Positions 12,690 through 24,446 of a DNA stretch of 64,000 nt are shown here, piece after piece. Under the pieces are notes generated by a model. The model was not told where the DNA came from, did not search any database, and saw only the letters and a list, made by a program, of their open reading frames with translations. Numbering within the stretch: the first letter of the stretch is position 1; every line of letters begins with the position of its first letter. Where the stretch lies: positions 2,914,001 to 2,978,000 of the forward strand of contig NC_092674.1 in assembly GCF_964355755.1 (NCBI RefSeq), given 5' to 3'. The stretch is from Antedon mediterranea (taxonomy: Eukaryota; Animalia; Echinodermata). Made by a program: the position numbers and the translations under genes.

Positions 12690-14275
12690 CCATTGCGCTT
12701 TACGCGTGATATGTTCCACCCAGGGACCAGAATGTGACTGTAGTTTCCAAACGAAGTTTACCGAAGCGTTACTTCGTGTACTGTGTATCGACGTACACTA
12801 TACAGGAACAGGGTACGAATTGTGTTCGCGATTTGTTCGTATGTTCAATTTTGTAATTTACGATTAACCCTCTGTCTACCTGAAATAGACGTTTTACTGT
12901 AGGCTCGCCTAAATTAATAAACAAAAAACATGCCATTTTCGTTTAGCCAACATCTTATTATAGCTAAGTTATTTACATTTCCAATGTCCTGTAGTGTCAT
13001 GAATTGCTCATCGTACATCGAAACTGCTCATCGTACATCGAAAAAGTATCAGATTAACATCTGGGAAATAAACTGATTTGCACGACAGAAATGGTCTACG
13101 CTTGCGGACGCATTCCTCTCAAAATAAAAGGTAAAAAGGGTCTGAATTGTTTAAAGTATAGAGTGTAATTTTTTGAAGACCTGCAGCTCTATATATTTCA
13201 AAATTGTTTTAGCTCAACCGCCAATTATATAGAGCTGGTCATGGATACTTACATTTCGTTTCATAGTTCGATGTACAATATACAGTCAGTCAGTGCATTG
13301 TCTGGGAACCAGAGCTCTATTTTTTTTCAATTATTTTTTTTATATCCATGGTTGGTAGGGCTGGTTCTGGAGAGGTACCGGTATATATTTTGTTTTATGA
13401 TTCGAAGTATAATAAGTTAAATTTCCGGGACCTAGCAACTCTATTTTTCAAAATGTTCTTCTAGCTCCACCCCAACCATGGTGGACTGGATCTATAATTT
13501 CGTTTCATATTTCAATGTTTTTCAGGGACCTAGCAGCTCTATTTTTGACAATTAGTCTTAGCTCCACCCAACCATCCATGGCGGGCTAGCTCTGTAGACT
13601 TATAATTTCGTTTCATTTATCAATATGGGCCTATATAAGGGCAATTTGCAGGTACCTAGCAGGTCTAAAATGTTCTAACAGATCAGTCCATGGGTGTTAG
13701 TCTCGCGCATTTACAATTTTCGCACCCTCAGCAGATAGCAACCTGCCTACGCTTCTGCGATTATAACGATATACCTTTTGGCCCGTGGGTAGGTTTTTAC
13801 GTTCGCGTATATTTTTTATGATAAGCATATTGAACTTGAAAAACTTCATTTTTAAAATTGAAAGAATGGATTTACACCACCGTCATCGTATCGTAGCACC
13901 GGTGGAGCAGAGTGATATCATGGAGGAATATTTCCTCCATGGAGGAATATTTCCTCCATGGTGATATAAAATAGAAATAAGTCACTGAATTTTAATATCT
14001 TTTCGTATGTTAATACACTGTGCTCACGTGGACCCAATTTGGCGCGCGCCAGTGAGCACAGTGAAATAAAATAGAAAAAGTCACTAAATTTGAATATCGT
14101 TTCGTATGTTAATACACTGTGCTCAAGTGGACCCAATTTGACACCAGGGGAGCACAGGGAAATAATAGTCACATACAAAAACATCGAGAAAAAATACTTC
14201 TAGAATTAAAAAATATTTAAAACTTGGTATATGTTCAATATCGGTTACTCCATCCGTAAATCAAAAGAAAAATTT
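12690..14275 (+). repeat. Dispersed composite repeat (modules A 12690-13860 and B 13895-14275), inverted copy at 47570-50290
   Basis: Blocks such as cgtgatatgttccacccagggaccagaatg and ggttactccatccgtaaa occur reverse-complemented at 48900-48935 and 49077-49095; partial copy at 19070-19315. Confidence 0.75.
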
Positions 14276-14512
14276 GTTCGAGATTACTGCTCTGAATATA
14301 CCTCCTGTTGGAATCACTTTTTCGTCTGGAGTACGCCCTCTAGCCTTCGGCTTTACCTCACTGTTAGTTTAGTCATAATGATGCATGCAGCAGACGTGTT
14401 TTTTTAGAGCAGCAAGATGTAAAATTGTAATAACACAACGCGGCCTGACTCCATCTTTCATAATACAGGTACTGTGCTGTAACTAATAGGAAAATTTGAA
14501 CAAAAAACCAAC

Positions 14513-17272
14513 ATGAAATATAAATGTGAACACTGTGGAGATAAATTTGAGTTAAATGATTTGAAGATACATTTACGAATACATACATCATCCGATAGAC
14601 ATCATGAAGAAGGCCTAGACCTATACATATACGATGATGATTCTGAGTTAGGCCTAGTTGTAGAAGATCGGGGATTAGGAATCGACAGAGAGCTGAAAGA
14701 AGAACAGACAACGTACGAACGTGAAGATTTGAAAGAGGAGTCATATGAATGTAAACATTGTGGGAAGAAATTTAAATCGAATGGGAATTTGAAAGCACAT
14801 TTGAGAATTCACACAGGAGAGAGACCATACGAATGTGAACATTGTGGAAAGAAATTTAAACAAAATGGTAGTTTGAAGATACATCTGAGAATACATACAG
14901 GAGAGAGACCATTTGAATGTACACATTGTGGAAAGAAATTTAAAGAGGGTTGGAGTTTAAAATCACATTTGAGAATACACACAAGAGAGACACCATATGA
15001 ATGTGAACATTGTGGGAAGAAGTTTTCACATAGTAATGGTTTAAGAATACATTTGAGAATACACACAGGAGAAATTTCACCATATCCTTATGAATGTGAG
15101 CATTGTGGAAAGAAATTTAGAGAAACTAGGAATTGGAAAACACATTTGAGAATACACACAGGAGAGACACCATATGAATGTGAACATTGTGGAAAAAAAT
15201 TTAGAGGAAGTAGGAACTTAAAAACACATATAAAAATACACACAGGAGACAGACCATATGAATGTGAACATTGTGGCAAAACATTTACAGAAAATTCTAA
15301 ATTGAATAAACATTTGAAAATACACACAGTAGAGACACCATATCAATGTGAAAATTGTGGGAAAGGTTTTAAAGAAAATTATAAATTGAAAACACATTTG
15401 AGAATACACACAGCAGAGACACCATACGAGTGTGAACATTGTGGAAAGAAATTTAAACAAAAGGAATATTTTAAACAACATTTGAGAATTCACACAGGAG
15501 AGACACCATATGAATGTGAACATTGCGGAAAGAAATTTATAAAGGGTGGGAGTTTGAAAACACATTTGAGAATACACACAGGAGAGACACCATACGAATG
15601 TGAACATTGTGGAAAGAAATTTAAATGGAATGGGAATTTAAAAACACATTTGAGAATACATACAGGAGAGAGACCATATGTATGTGAACATTGTGGGAAG
15701 AATTTTTCACATAGTAACAATTTAAAAACACATTTGAGAATACATACAGGAGAGACACCATATGAATGTGAACATTGTGAGAAGAAATTTAAACAAAGTA
15801 GGGATTTGAAAACGCATTTGAGAATACACACAGGAGAGACACCATATGAATGTGAACATAGTGGAAAGAAATTTGAAGAGGGTAGGCATTTAAAAAGACA
15901 TTTGAAAATACACACAGGAGAGAGAACATATGAATGTGAACATTGTGGGAAGAAATTTAAAGAAAGTGGGAATTTGAAAAGACATTTGAGAATACACACA
16001 GGAGAGAGACCATATGAATGTGAACATTGTGGAAAGACATTTAAACAAAGTGGGAGTTTGAAAACACATTTGAGAATACACACAGGAGAGACACCATATG
16101 AATGTGAACATTGTGGAAAGAAATTTAAACAAAGTGGGGAATTGAAAACACATTTTAGAATACATACAGGAGAGAGACCATATGTATGTGAACAATGTGG
16201 GAATAATTTTTCACATAGTAACAATTTAAAAACACATTTGAGAATACATACGGGAGAGACACCATATAAATGTGAACATTGTGGGAAGAATTTTTCACAT
16301 AGTAGCAGTTTAAAAACACATTTGAGAATACATACGGGAGAGAGACCATATGAATGTGAACATTGTGGGAAGAATTTTTCACGTAATAACAGTTTAAAAA
16401 CACATTTGAGAATACATACGGGAGAGACACCATATCAATGTGAACATTGTGGGAAGAAATTTTCAGAAAGTAAAAGTTTAAAAGCACACTTGAGAATACA
16501 CACAGGAGAAACACAACATGTATGTGAACATTGTGGAAAGACCTTTGAAGAGAGTTGGAATTTAAAAATACATTTAAGAATACATACAGGAGAGAGACCA
16601 TATGAATGTGAACATTGTGGAAAGAAATTTAAACAAAGTTGGGATTTGAAAACGCATTTGAGAATACATACAGGAGAGAGACCATATGCATGTGAACATT
16701 GTGGGAAGAATTTTTCACATAGTAAAAGTTTAAAAATACATTTGAGAATACATACAGGAGAGACACCATATGAATGTGAACTTTGTGGGAAGACATTTAA
16801 ACAGAATGGACAGTTGAAAATACATTTGAGAATACACACAGGAGAGACACCATATGAATGTGAACATTGTGAAAAGAAATTTAAAGATTGTGGGACTTTG
16901 AAAAGACATTTGAGAGTACACACAGGAGAGACACCATATCAATGTGAACATTGTGGGAAGAAATATCAGCAAAGTGGGGATTTAACAAGACATTTGAGAA
17001 TACACACAGGAGAGACACCATATGAATGTGAACATTGTGGGAAGAAATTTAGGGAAAAGTATGATTTAAAAAGACATATGAGAATACACACAGGAGAGAC
17101 ACCATATGAATGTGAACATTGTGGGAAGAAATTTAAAGATAGTGGGAATTTAAAAACACATTTGAGAATACACACAGGAGAGACACTATACGAATGTGAA
17201 CATTGTGGAAAGAAATTTTCAGTGAGAAAAAGTTTAAAAACACATTTGAGAATACATACAGGAGAGACATAG
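14513..17272 (+). CDS. C2H2 zinc-finger protein 2 (919 aa; N-terminal finger plus 30 tandem fingers), chimeric
   Basis: Intact ORF; one finger has Cys to Ser (CEHSG). Confidence 0.92.
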   Translation: MKYKCEHCGDKFELNDLKIHLRIHTSSDRHHEEGLDLYIYDDDSELGLVVEDRGLGIDRELKEEQTTYEREDLKEESYECKHCGKKFKSNGNLKAHLRIHTGERPYECEHCGKKFKQNGSLKIHLRIHTGERPFECTHCGKKFKEGWSLKSHLRIHTRETPYECEHCGKKFSHSNGLRIHLRIHTGEISPYPYECEHCGKKFRETRNWKTHLRIHTGETPYECEHCGKKFRGSRNLKTHIKIHTGDRPYECEHCGKTFTENSKLNKHLKIHTVETPYQCENCGKGFKENYKLKTHLRIHTAETPYECEHCGKKFKQKEYFKQHLRIHTGETPYECEHCGKKFIKGGSLKTHLRIHTGETPYECEHCGKKFKWNGNLKTHLRIHTGERPYVCEHCGKNFSHSNNLKTHLRIHTGETPYECEHCEKKFKQSRDLKTHLRIHTGETPYECEHSGKKFEEGRHLKRHLKIHTGERTYECEHCGKKFKESGNLKRHLRIHTGERPYECEHCGKTFKQSGSLKTHLRIHTGETPYECEHCGKKFKQSGELKTHFRIHTGERPYVCEQCGNNFSHSNNLKTHLRIHTGETPYKCEHCGKNFSHSSSLKTHLRIHTGERPYECEHCGKNFSRNNSLKTHLRIHTGETPYQCEHCGKKFSESKSLKAHLRIHTGETQHVCEHCGKTFEESWNLKIHLRIHTGERPYECEHCGKKFKQSWDLKTHLRIHTGERPYACEHCGKNFSHSKSLKIHLRIHTGETPYECELCGKTFKQNGQLKIHLRIHTGETPYECEHCEKKFKDCGTLKRHLRVHTGETPYQCEHCGKKYQQSGDLTRHLRIHTGETPYECEHCGKKFREKYDLKRHMRIHTGETPYECEHCGKKFKDSGNLKTHLRIHTGETLYECEHCGKKFSVRKSLKTHLRIHTGET

Positions 17273-19316
17273 TATTAGTACAGTATATCAATACAGTGTG
17301 TGGGAAGAAATTAAAAACAAAGTAGGCACATGCAGGAGAGCAGCTCAGCTACCGGTGAGAAACTTGTCATGAATGTGAACATTTTGGTAAGCAATGTTAA
17401 AGACGCATACAAGAATGGACCGTATGAATGTGAACATTATTAACTTGTTGCCAAGGATTTAGAGATCTGATGTTGGGAAACAGCTGTTTGGAAATCACGT
17501 TGTAGATGGAATTCAATACTGGAATAGATCATCCCTGTATCTCGTCATGAAGTAGGCCTAGTGTGGAATCATTTAAATAGGATGGAGGATCCAAACCCAT
17601 AGCCATGGGGTGGTTGGTGTTTGCCCTGAAGTGCCCTGACTCAACTAGAGATTAGCAGTGGAAGAAAGCTAGCTTGTGATGATTTTTGCTTCCTTTTGTG
17701 GAAAAAGGAATAAACCCATAATCGGATCTAGAAAACAAGACCTAAAATCTCTTAGTTTTCTAGATATAGAAAACTAAGATATCTTAAGTCCTAGAAAACT
17801 AAGACCTAAGATATCTTAGTTTTCTAGATTTAGAAAACTAAGATATCTTAGGTCTTAGTTTTTTCTAGATCTGAGTTTTCTAGACACCCAAACGAAACCT
17901 CTATGTAAAAATCCTGGCTACAGGCTTGGAGGACTCTACCCTATGGATCGGAGTGAAAGGTCAATCAACCTCATTCTGTTCATTACTTACTAAAACACAA
18001 TACAAAAGAACAATGCTGAACGTGAGGCATGCTTTAATAAGAAGTCTTTAATTAAATTTTATTGAAAAATAACATTTTTGAATGACAGAAAGTGTTATTA
18101 TTATATAACCCATCACTATGTCAAATTATATAATTTAATAATTTCAACTAATTTCCTATACAATTACAGTATATACCAATTGGTATAGTAATAAATAAAT
18201 ATATGTATAGGCTTTGATCTTGTATTACTGTACTATATTGTATCTGAAACTAGATATTGGTTAACTCTTCTGCAGTGTATTAAATTAATTTAAACATTCA
18301 AAAGGTTGATTGATGAAATTAAGGTGCTTAGAGTACCCTCAAAACTGCATTCACTGCACAGCCCTTCTCTCATCATAAGAATAACCCATCTGTTCACCAT
18401 GATTACCATTTTAAATTATATAAATTACCTATTTAACTACACAGTTGATAGACGGATTAATCGACTTGATGCATGCACCAAATCATAAAAGAAGTGACGC
18501 CATTGCGACCAGATAAAAATCGAAAAAAGTCCCCTTTGTTGTATTGTACAAGCTTTGGGGGCGTCAATTAACAGAAGAACGTCGAATCAAATTATTACTA
18601 GTAAATAATGCAGAGAAGGCGTCCCATAACTCAAACACCCAAAGGTCAATTATAACCAATGGTATTATATAGCCGAAGGCTGGATGAAAATACAATGTTA
18701 ACGCAGTTCAAAAAGTTATTCTCTATGAAGAGGGAACTAACAAGATGGTGGCTACAATCGATCAATCAGATATGCCCTACGCACTACTAATACGCCGCGC
18801 CTGTGTGTTAGAGGCCGACCGAGCGTGAGAACGATGAACGCGAACGTATTCTGTATGATCCTCGTATACAACTAGAATGCCAAGAAATTATTAATTCCAT
18901 TGTGATTAACAATACTATACTGTATATTTAATTTTATAAAAACTTGGCTGGGGGAGGGGTGTCGTTTGTGGCTATGCAGAGCCATATATAGCTATATGGC
19001 TATGGGGGGATACCCCCCTCGTCGGGGAGCATATCCGAATACTAATAGCTTAACATTGGGTCTGTCCGCCCCATTGCGGTTTACGCGTGATATCATGTTC
19101 CATCCAGGGACCAGAATGTGACTGTAGTTTCCAAACGAAGTTTACCGAAGCGTTACTTTGTGTACTGTGTATCGACGTACACTATACAGAAATTATTTTT
19201 TTTATATCCATGGTAGGGCTGGTTCTGGAGACGTACCGGTATAAATTTTGTTTTATAATTCGAAGTATAATAAGTTAAATTTCCGGGACCTAGCAACTCT
19301 ATTTTTCAAAATGTTC

Positions 19317-19880
19317 TTAAAGCAAAAAATACTTAAATTGTCTGTCAGACCATGGAGGTATAATACCTCCATGGTCAGACAATGGTTTTTGAGTTATAAT
19401 AAAAAGTTTCTTTTCTCTTAGTTATTTATATCCATTTACAGATGATCGTGCATTTGAAACAAGTGACTGTGTTTACAGCTGATTTCTATTTTCTTCTATT
19501 TTCAAAAAAATCTGAAAGCGGTATTTCCTTATTTTGTTCAACTTCAATTACCTGATGACCTTGATCTTGTACAGGTGAACGCATGCAACTGAATACCCTC
19601 TACAGACAACGTGACTTCTTCAAGTTGGCACAAGTGGAAATTCTTCCACAATCTGTTGATTGGCGTCAACCAATAAAAGGGCAAGAATCCAAAATCGTTC
19701 AACCGTGAGCACTCATATACTCTTTTCCAGACGTTTTTTGGATGCAACAGCTGGACCTATAAATTATAGTGGATGATCCTTTTTCACATTTATGTAACTC
19801 TCTCAGTACTAAACTTGCTGCAGCTTTATATCTGATTGCGTCATCTCTTGTGACATAGCGGGCTAGAGCAGCAGCGTGAA
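19317..19880 (-). mobile_element. Dispersed repeat inserted in second ZNF spacer; related copies at about 34075-34590 and 57180-57480
   Basis: Reverse complement shares cacgctgctgctctagcccgcta and aaccattgtctgacagacaatttaagtat with 34081 and 34521; it replaces about 620 bp present in spacer 1. Confidence 0.65.
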
Positions 19881-20318
19881 AAAAGTCACTAAATTTGAAT
19901 ATCTTTTCGCAAGTGGACCCAATTTGACACCAGGGGAGCACAGGGAAATAATAGTCACATACAAAAACATCGAGAAAAATTACTTCTAGAATTAAAAAAT
20001 ATTTCAAACTTGGTAAGTTGGTATATGTTCAATATATCGGTTACTCCATCCGTAAAGTCAAAAGAAAAATTTGTTCCGAGATTACTGCTCTGAATATACC
20101 TCCTGTTGGAATCACTTTTTCGTCTGGAGTACGCCCTCTAGCCTTCGGCTTTACCTCACTGTTAGTTTAGTCATAATGCATGATATGCAGCAGACGTGTT
20201 TTTTAGAGCAGCAAGATGTAAAATTGTAATATGATAACACAACGCGGCCTGACTCCATCTTTCATAATACAGGTACTCTGTGCTGTAACTAATAGGAAAA
20301 TTTGAACAAAAAACCAAC

Positions 20319-22997
20319 ATGAAATATAAATGTGAACACTGTGGAGATAAATTTGAGTTAAATGATTTGAAGATACATTTACGAATACATACATCATCCG
20401 ATAGACATCATGAAGAAGGCCTAGACCTATACATATACGATGATGATTCTGAGTTAGGCCTAGAAGATCGGGGATTAGGAATCGACAGAGAGCTGAAAGA
20501 AGAACAGACAACGTACGATCAAGGTGAAGATTTGAAAGAGCTGTCATATGAATGTGAACATTGTGGGAAGAAATTTAAATCGAATGGTAATTTGAAAGCA
20601 CATTTGAGAATTCACACAGGAGAGAGACCATACGAATGTGAACATTGTGGGAAGAAATTTAAACAAAATGGTAGTTTGAAAACACATTTGAGAATACATA
20701 CAGGAGAGAGACCATATGAATGTGAACATTGTGGGAAGAAATTTAAACGGGGTTGGAGTTTGAAATCACATTTGAGAATACACACAGGAGAGACACCATA
20801 TGAATGTGAACATTGTGGGAAAAAATTTTCACAAAGTAACGGTTTAAGAATACATTTGAAAAGACACACAGGAGAAATTTCACCATATCCTTTTGAATGT
20901 GAGCATTGTGGAAAGAAATTTAGAGAAATTAGGAATTGGAGAACACATTTGAGAATACACACAGGAGAGACACCATATGAATGTGAACATTGTGGGAAAA
21001 AATTTAGAGGAAGTAGGAACTTAAAAACACATTTAAAAATACACACAGGAGACAGACCATATGAATGTGAACATTGTGGCAAAACATTTACAGAAAATTC
21101 TAAATTGAAAACACATTTGAGAATACACACAGGAGAGACACCATATGAATGTGAACATTGTGGGAAGAAATTTAAACAAAATGAATATTTGAAACAACAT
21201 TTGAGAATACACACAGGAGAGACACCATACGAATGTGAACATTGCGGAAAGAAATTTAATAATGGTGGGAGTTTGAAAATACATTTGAGAATACACACAG
21301 GAGAGACACCATATGAATGTGAACATTGTGGAAAGAAATTTAAGTGGAATGGGACTTTAAAAACACATTTGAGAATACACACAGGAGAGACACCATATGA
21401 ATGTGAACATTGTGGAAAGAAATTTAAGTGGAATGTGACTTTAAAAACACATTTGAGAATACACACAGGAGAGACACCATATGAATGTGAACATTGTGGG
21501 AAAAAATTTAAAGAGGGTAGGAGTTTGAAAAACCATTTGAGAATACATGGGGAGATTCCATATTTATGTGAACATTGTGGGAAGAATTTTTCACATAGTA
21601 ACAATTTAAAAACACATTTGAGAATACATACAGGAGAGACACCATACGAATGTGAACATTGTGGAAAGAAATTTAAGCGGAATGGGAATTTAAAAACACA
21701 TTTGAGAATACACACAGGAGAGACACCATACGAGTGTGAACATTGTGGAAAAAAATTTAAGCGGAATGGGAATTTAAAAACACATTTGAGAATACACACA
21801 GGAAACACACCATATGAATGTGAATATTGTACGATGAATTTTTCACAAAGTAACGGTTTAAAAACACATTTGAAAATACACACAGGAGAGACGCCATATG
21901 AATGTGAACATTGTGGGAAGACATTTAAACAAAGTGGGAATTTGAAAAAACATTTGAGAATACACACAGGAGAGACACCATATGAATGTGAACATTGTGG
22001 AAAGAAATTTAAACAAAATGAGGAATTGAAAACACATTTGAGAATACATACAGGAGAGAGACCATATGAATGTGAACATTGTGGGAAGAATTTTTCACAT
22101 AGTAACAATTTAAAAACACATTTGAGAATACATACGGGAGAGACACCATATGAATGTGAACATTGTGGGAAGAATTTTTCACATAGTAACAGTTTAAAAA
22201 CACATTTGAGAATACATACGGGAGAGAGACCATATGAATGTGAACATTGTGGGAAGAATTTTTCACATAGTAACAATTTAAAAACACATTTGAGAATACA
22301 TACGGCGGGAGAGACACCATATCAATGTGAACTTTGTGGGAAGAAATTTTCAGAAAGTAAAAGATTAAAAGCACATTTGAGAATACACACAGGAGAAACA
22401 CCACATTTATGTGAACATTGTGGAAAGAACTTTAAAGAGAGTTGGAATTTGAAAAGACATTTGAGAATACATACAGGAGAGAGGCCATATGAATGTGAAC
22501 ATTGTGGAAAGAAATTTAAACAAAGTGGGGATTTGAAAATACATTTGAGAATACATACAGGAGAGAAACCATATGAATGTGAACATTGTGGGAAGAATTT
22601 CTCGCATAGTAAAAGTATAAAAATACATTTGAGAACACACACAGAAGAGACACCATATGAATGTGAACATTGTGGGAAGAAATTTAAACAGGATGGACAG
22701 TTGAAAATACATTTGAGAATACACACCGGAGAGACACCATATGAATGTGAACATTGTGAAAAGAAATTTAAAGATTGGGGGACTTTGAAAAGACATTTGA
22801 GAGTACACACAGGAGAGACACCATATCAATGTGAACATTGTGGGAAGAAATATCAGCAAAGTGGGGATTTAACAAGACATTTGAGAATACACACAGGAGA
22901 GACACCATATGAATGTGAACATTGTGGGAAGAAATTTAAACGGAATGACTATTTGAACAAACATTTGAGAATACATACAAATATCCTATCAATATGA
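20319..22997 (+). CDS. C2H2 zinc-finger protein 3 (892 aa; N-terminal finger plus 29 tandem fingers)
   Basis: Intact ORF with canonical TGETPY linkers. Confidence 0.92.
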   Translation: MKYKCEHCGDKFELNDLKIHLRIHTSSDRHHEEGLDLYIYDDDSELGLEDRGLGIDRELKEEQTTYDQGEDLKELSYECEHCGKKFKSNGNLKAHLRIHTGERPYECEHCGKKFKQNGSLKTHLRIHTGERPYECEHCGKKFKRGWSLKSHLRIHTGETPYECEHCGKKFSQSNGLRIHLKRHTGEISPYPFECEHCGKKFREIRNWRTHLRIHTGETPYECEHCGKKFRGSRNLKTHLKIHTGDRPYECEHCGKTFTENSKLKTHLRIHTGETPYECEHCGKKFKQNEYLKQHLRIHTGETPYECEHCGKKFNNGGSLKIHLRIHTGETPYECEHCGKKFKWNGTLKTHLRIHTGETPYECEHCGKKFKWNVTLKTHLRIHTGETPYECEHCGKKFKEGRSLKNHLRIHGEIPYLCEHCGKNFSHSNNLKTHLRIHTGETPYECEHCGKKFKRNGNLKTHLRIHTGETPYECEHCGKKFKRNGNLKTHLRIHTGNTPYECEYCTMNFSQSNGLKTHLKIHTGETPYECEHCGKTFKQSGNLKKHLRIHTGETPYECEHCGKKFKQNEELKTHLRIHTGERPYECEHCGKNFSHSNNLKTHLRIHTGETPYECEHCGKNFSHSNSLKTHLRIHTGERPYECEHCGKNFSHSNNLKTHLRIHTAGETPYQCELCGKKFSESKRLKAHLRIHTGETPHLCEHCGKNFKESWNLKRHLRIHTGERPYECEHCGKKFKQSGDLKIHLRIHTGEKPYECEHCGKNFSHSKSIKIHLRTHTEETPYECEHCGKKFKQDGQLKIHLRIHTGETPYECEHCEKKFKDWGTLKRHLRVHTGETPYQCEHCGKKYQQSGDLTRHLRIHTGETPYECEHCGKKFKRNDYLNKHLRIHTNILSI

Positions 22998-23825
22998 ACA
23001 TGTGGGAAGAAATTAACAAAGTGGAAATTTGAAGACACATACAGGAAAGCAGCTCAGCTACATGACAATGTGAACATATTGGCAAGCAATGTTAAAGACG
23101 CATGCAAGAATGCACCGTATGAATGAACATGAACATCATTAACTTGTCGCCAAGGATTCAGAGATGTTGGGAAAAAGCTCTTTGGAAGTCATGTTGTGGA
23201 TATAATTCAATACTGGAATAGATCATCTCTGTATCTAGTCATGAAGTAGGCCTAGTGTGAAATCATTTAAATAGGATGGAGGATCCAAACCTCTATGTAA
23301 AAATCCTGGCTACAGGCTTGGAGGACTCTACCCTAAGGATCGGAGTGAAAGGTCAATCAACAAGAGACGACACCAACCTCATTCTGTTCATTACTTACTA
23401 AAACACAATACAAAAGAATAATGCTGAACATGAGGCATGATTTAATAAGAAGTCTTTTATTAAACATTTTGAATGACATAATGTTTTTGAAGTATTGTGT
23501 ACTGCATAACCCATCACCATGTCAAATTATATTAATAAACTAATTTCCTATACAATTTACCAATTTTAAAAATAAAATTGGTATTAATAATAAATATATG
23601 TACAGGCTTTGATTTTGTATTATATTGTATATTATTTTTCCTCTATAGCTTTTTAACTCTTCTAGTTCTACAGTGTATTAAATTAATTTAAACCATTCAA
23701 AAGTATGACCGAATTGATTTTAATATTCAGGATTTTATCTAAGATAAACTGAATCAGTTATTTTTAAACACAAATATGCCAGTATGTATACATGTGTATG
23801 ACAAGAGATTCCTAATTATATAGAG

Positions 23826-24230
23826 AACATTTTTTATTTAGTTTTAACACATTTGTGACAGCTTTAAATTTTTGTACAGACTAACATTTTATGATTGTGA
23901 TTTTTTATATCCTATGTATTTTTATTGTTTTACTTGTATATGTTTGAAGTGCAGTATGGAGAGCTAATTTGATAGTGCTTAGCATGGCAATCCACCGTTG
24001 TCATGTATTTGAACACTCTTTATTTAGTTTTAACACATTTGTGACAGCTCTCCAATCTTGGTCAGCTTTAAATTTTTGTACAGACTAACATTTTATGATT
24101 GTGGTTTTTTATATCTATTCTTATGTATTTTTATTGTTTCACTTGTATGTTTGAAGTGCATTATGGAGAGCCAATTCGATAGTGCTTAGCATGGCAATCC
24201 AGAGGGTGCTGCACCGTTGTCATGTATTTC
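23826..24230. repeat. Tandem duplication of about 190-210 bp between ZNF3 and COG6 3' ends
   Basis: tttatttagttttaacacatttgtgacagct...gatagtgcttagcatggcaatcca occurs twice. Confidence 0.7.
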
Positions 24231-24446
24231 ATTTGTTGTTTCTGCCTGAAAATTGAATAAAATAAAATGTTGATTTTATGAAATTAAGGAGTACCCTGGA
24301 AACTGCATGCACTACAGAGCTGTGAACTGATATTAAAAACAAAATGAATACAAGGCAGGAAGAATGTAACAGGTGAAATAAACATCGGGTCACATTCTGT
24401 GGTTTAGTGTACATCTTTAGTACATGGTACAAACTGTAATGCACAT

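Noticed and set aside
7645-22859. Long antisense ORFs (CILKCVFK.., MFTFIWCLS..) over the ZNF genes
   Set aside because: Expected shadow frames of stereotyped 84-bp finger repeats; no independent coding evidence.
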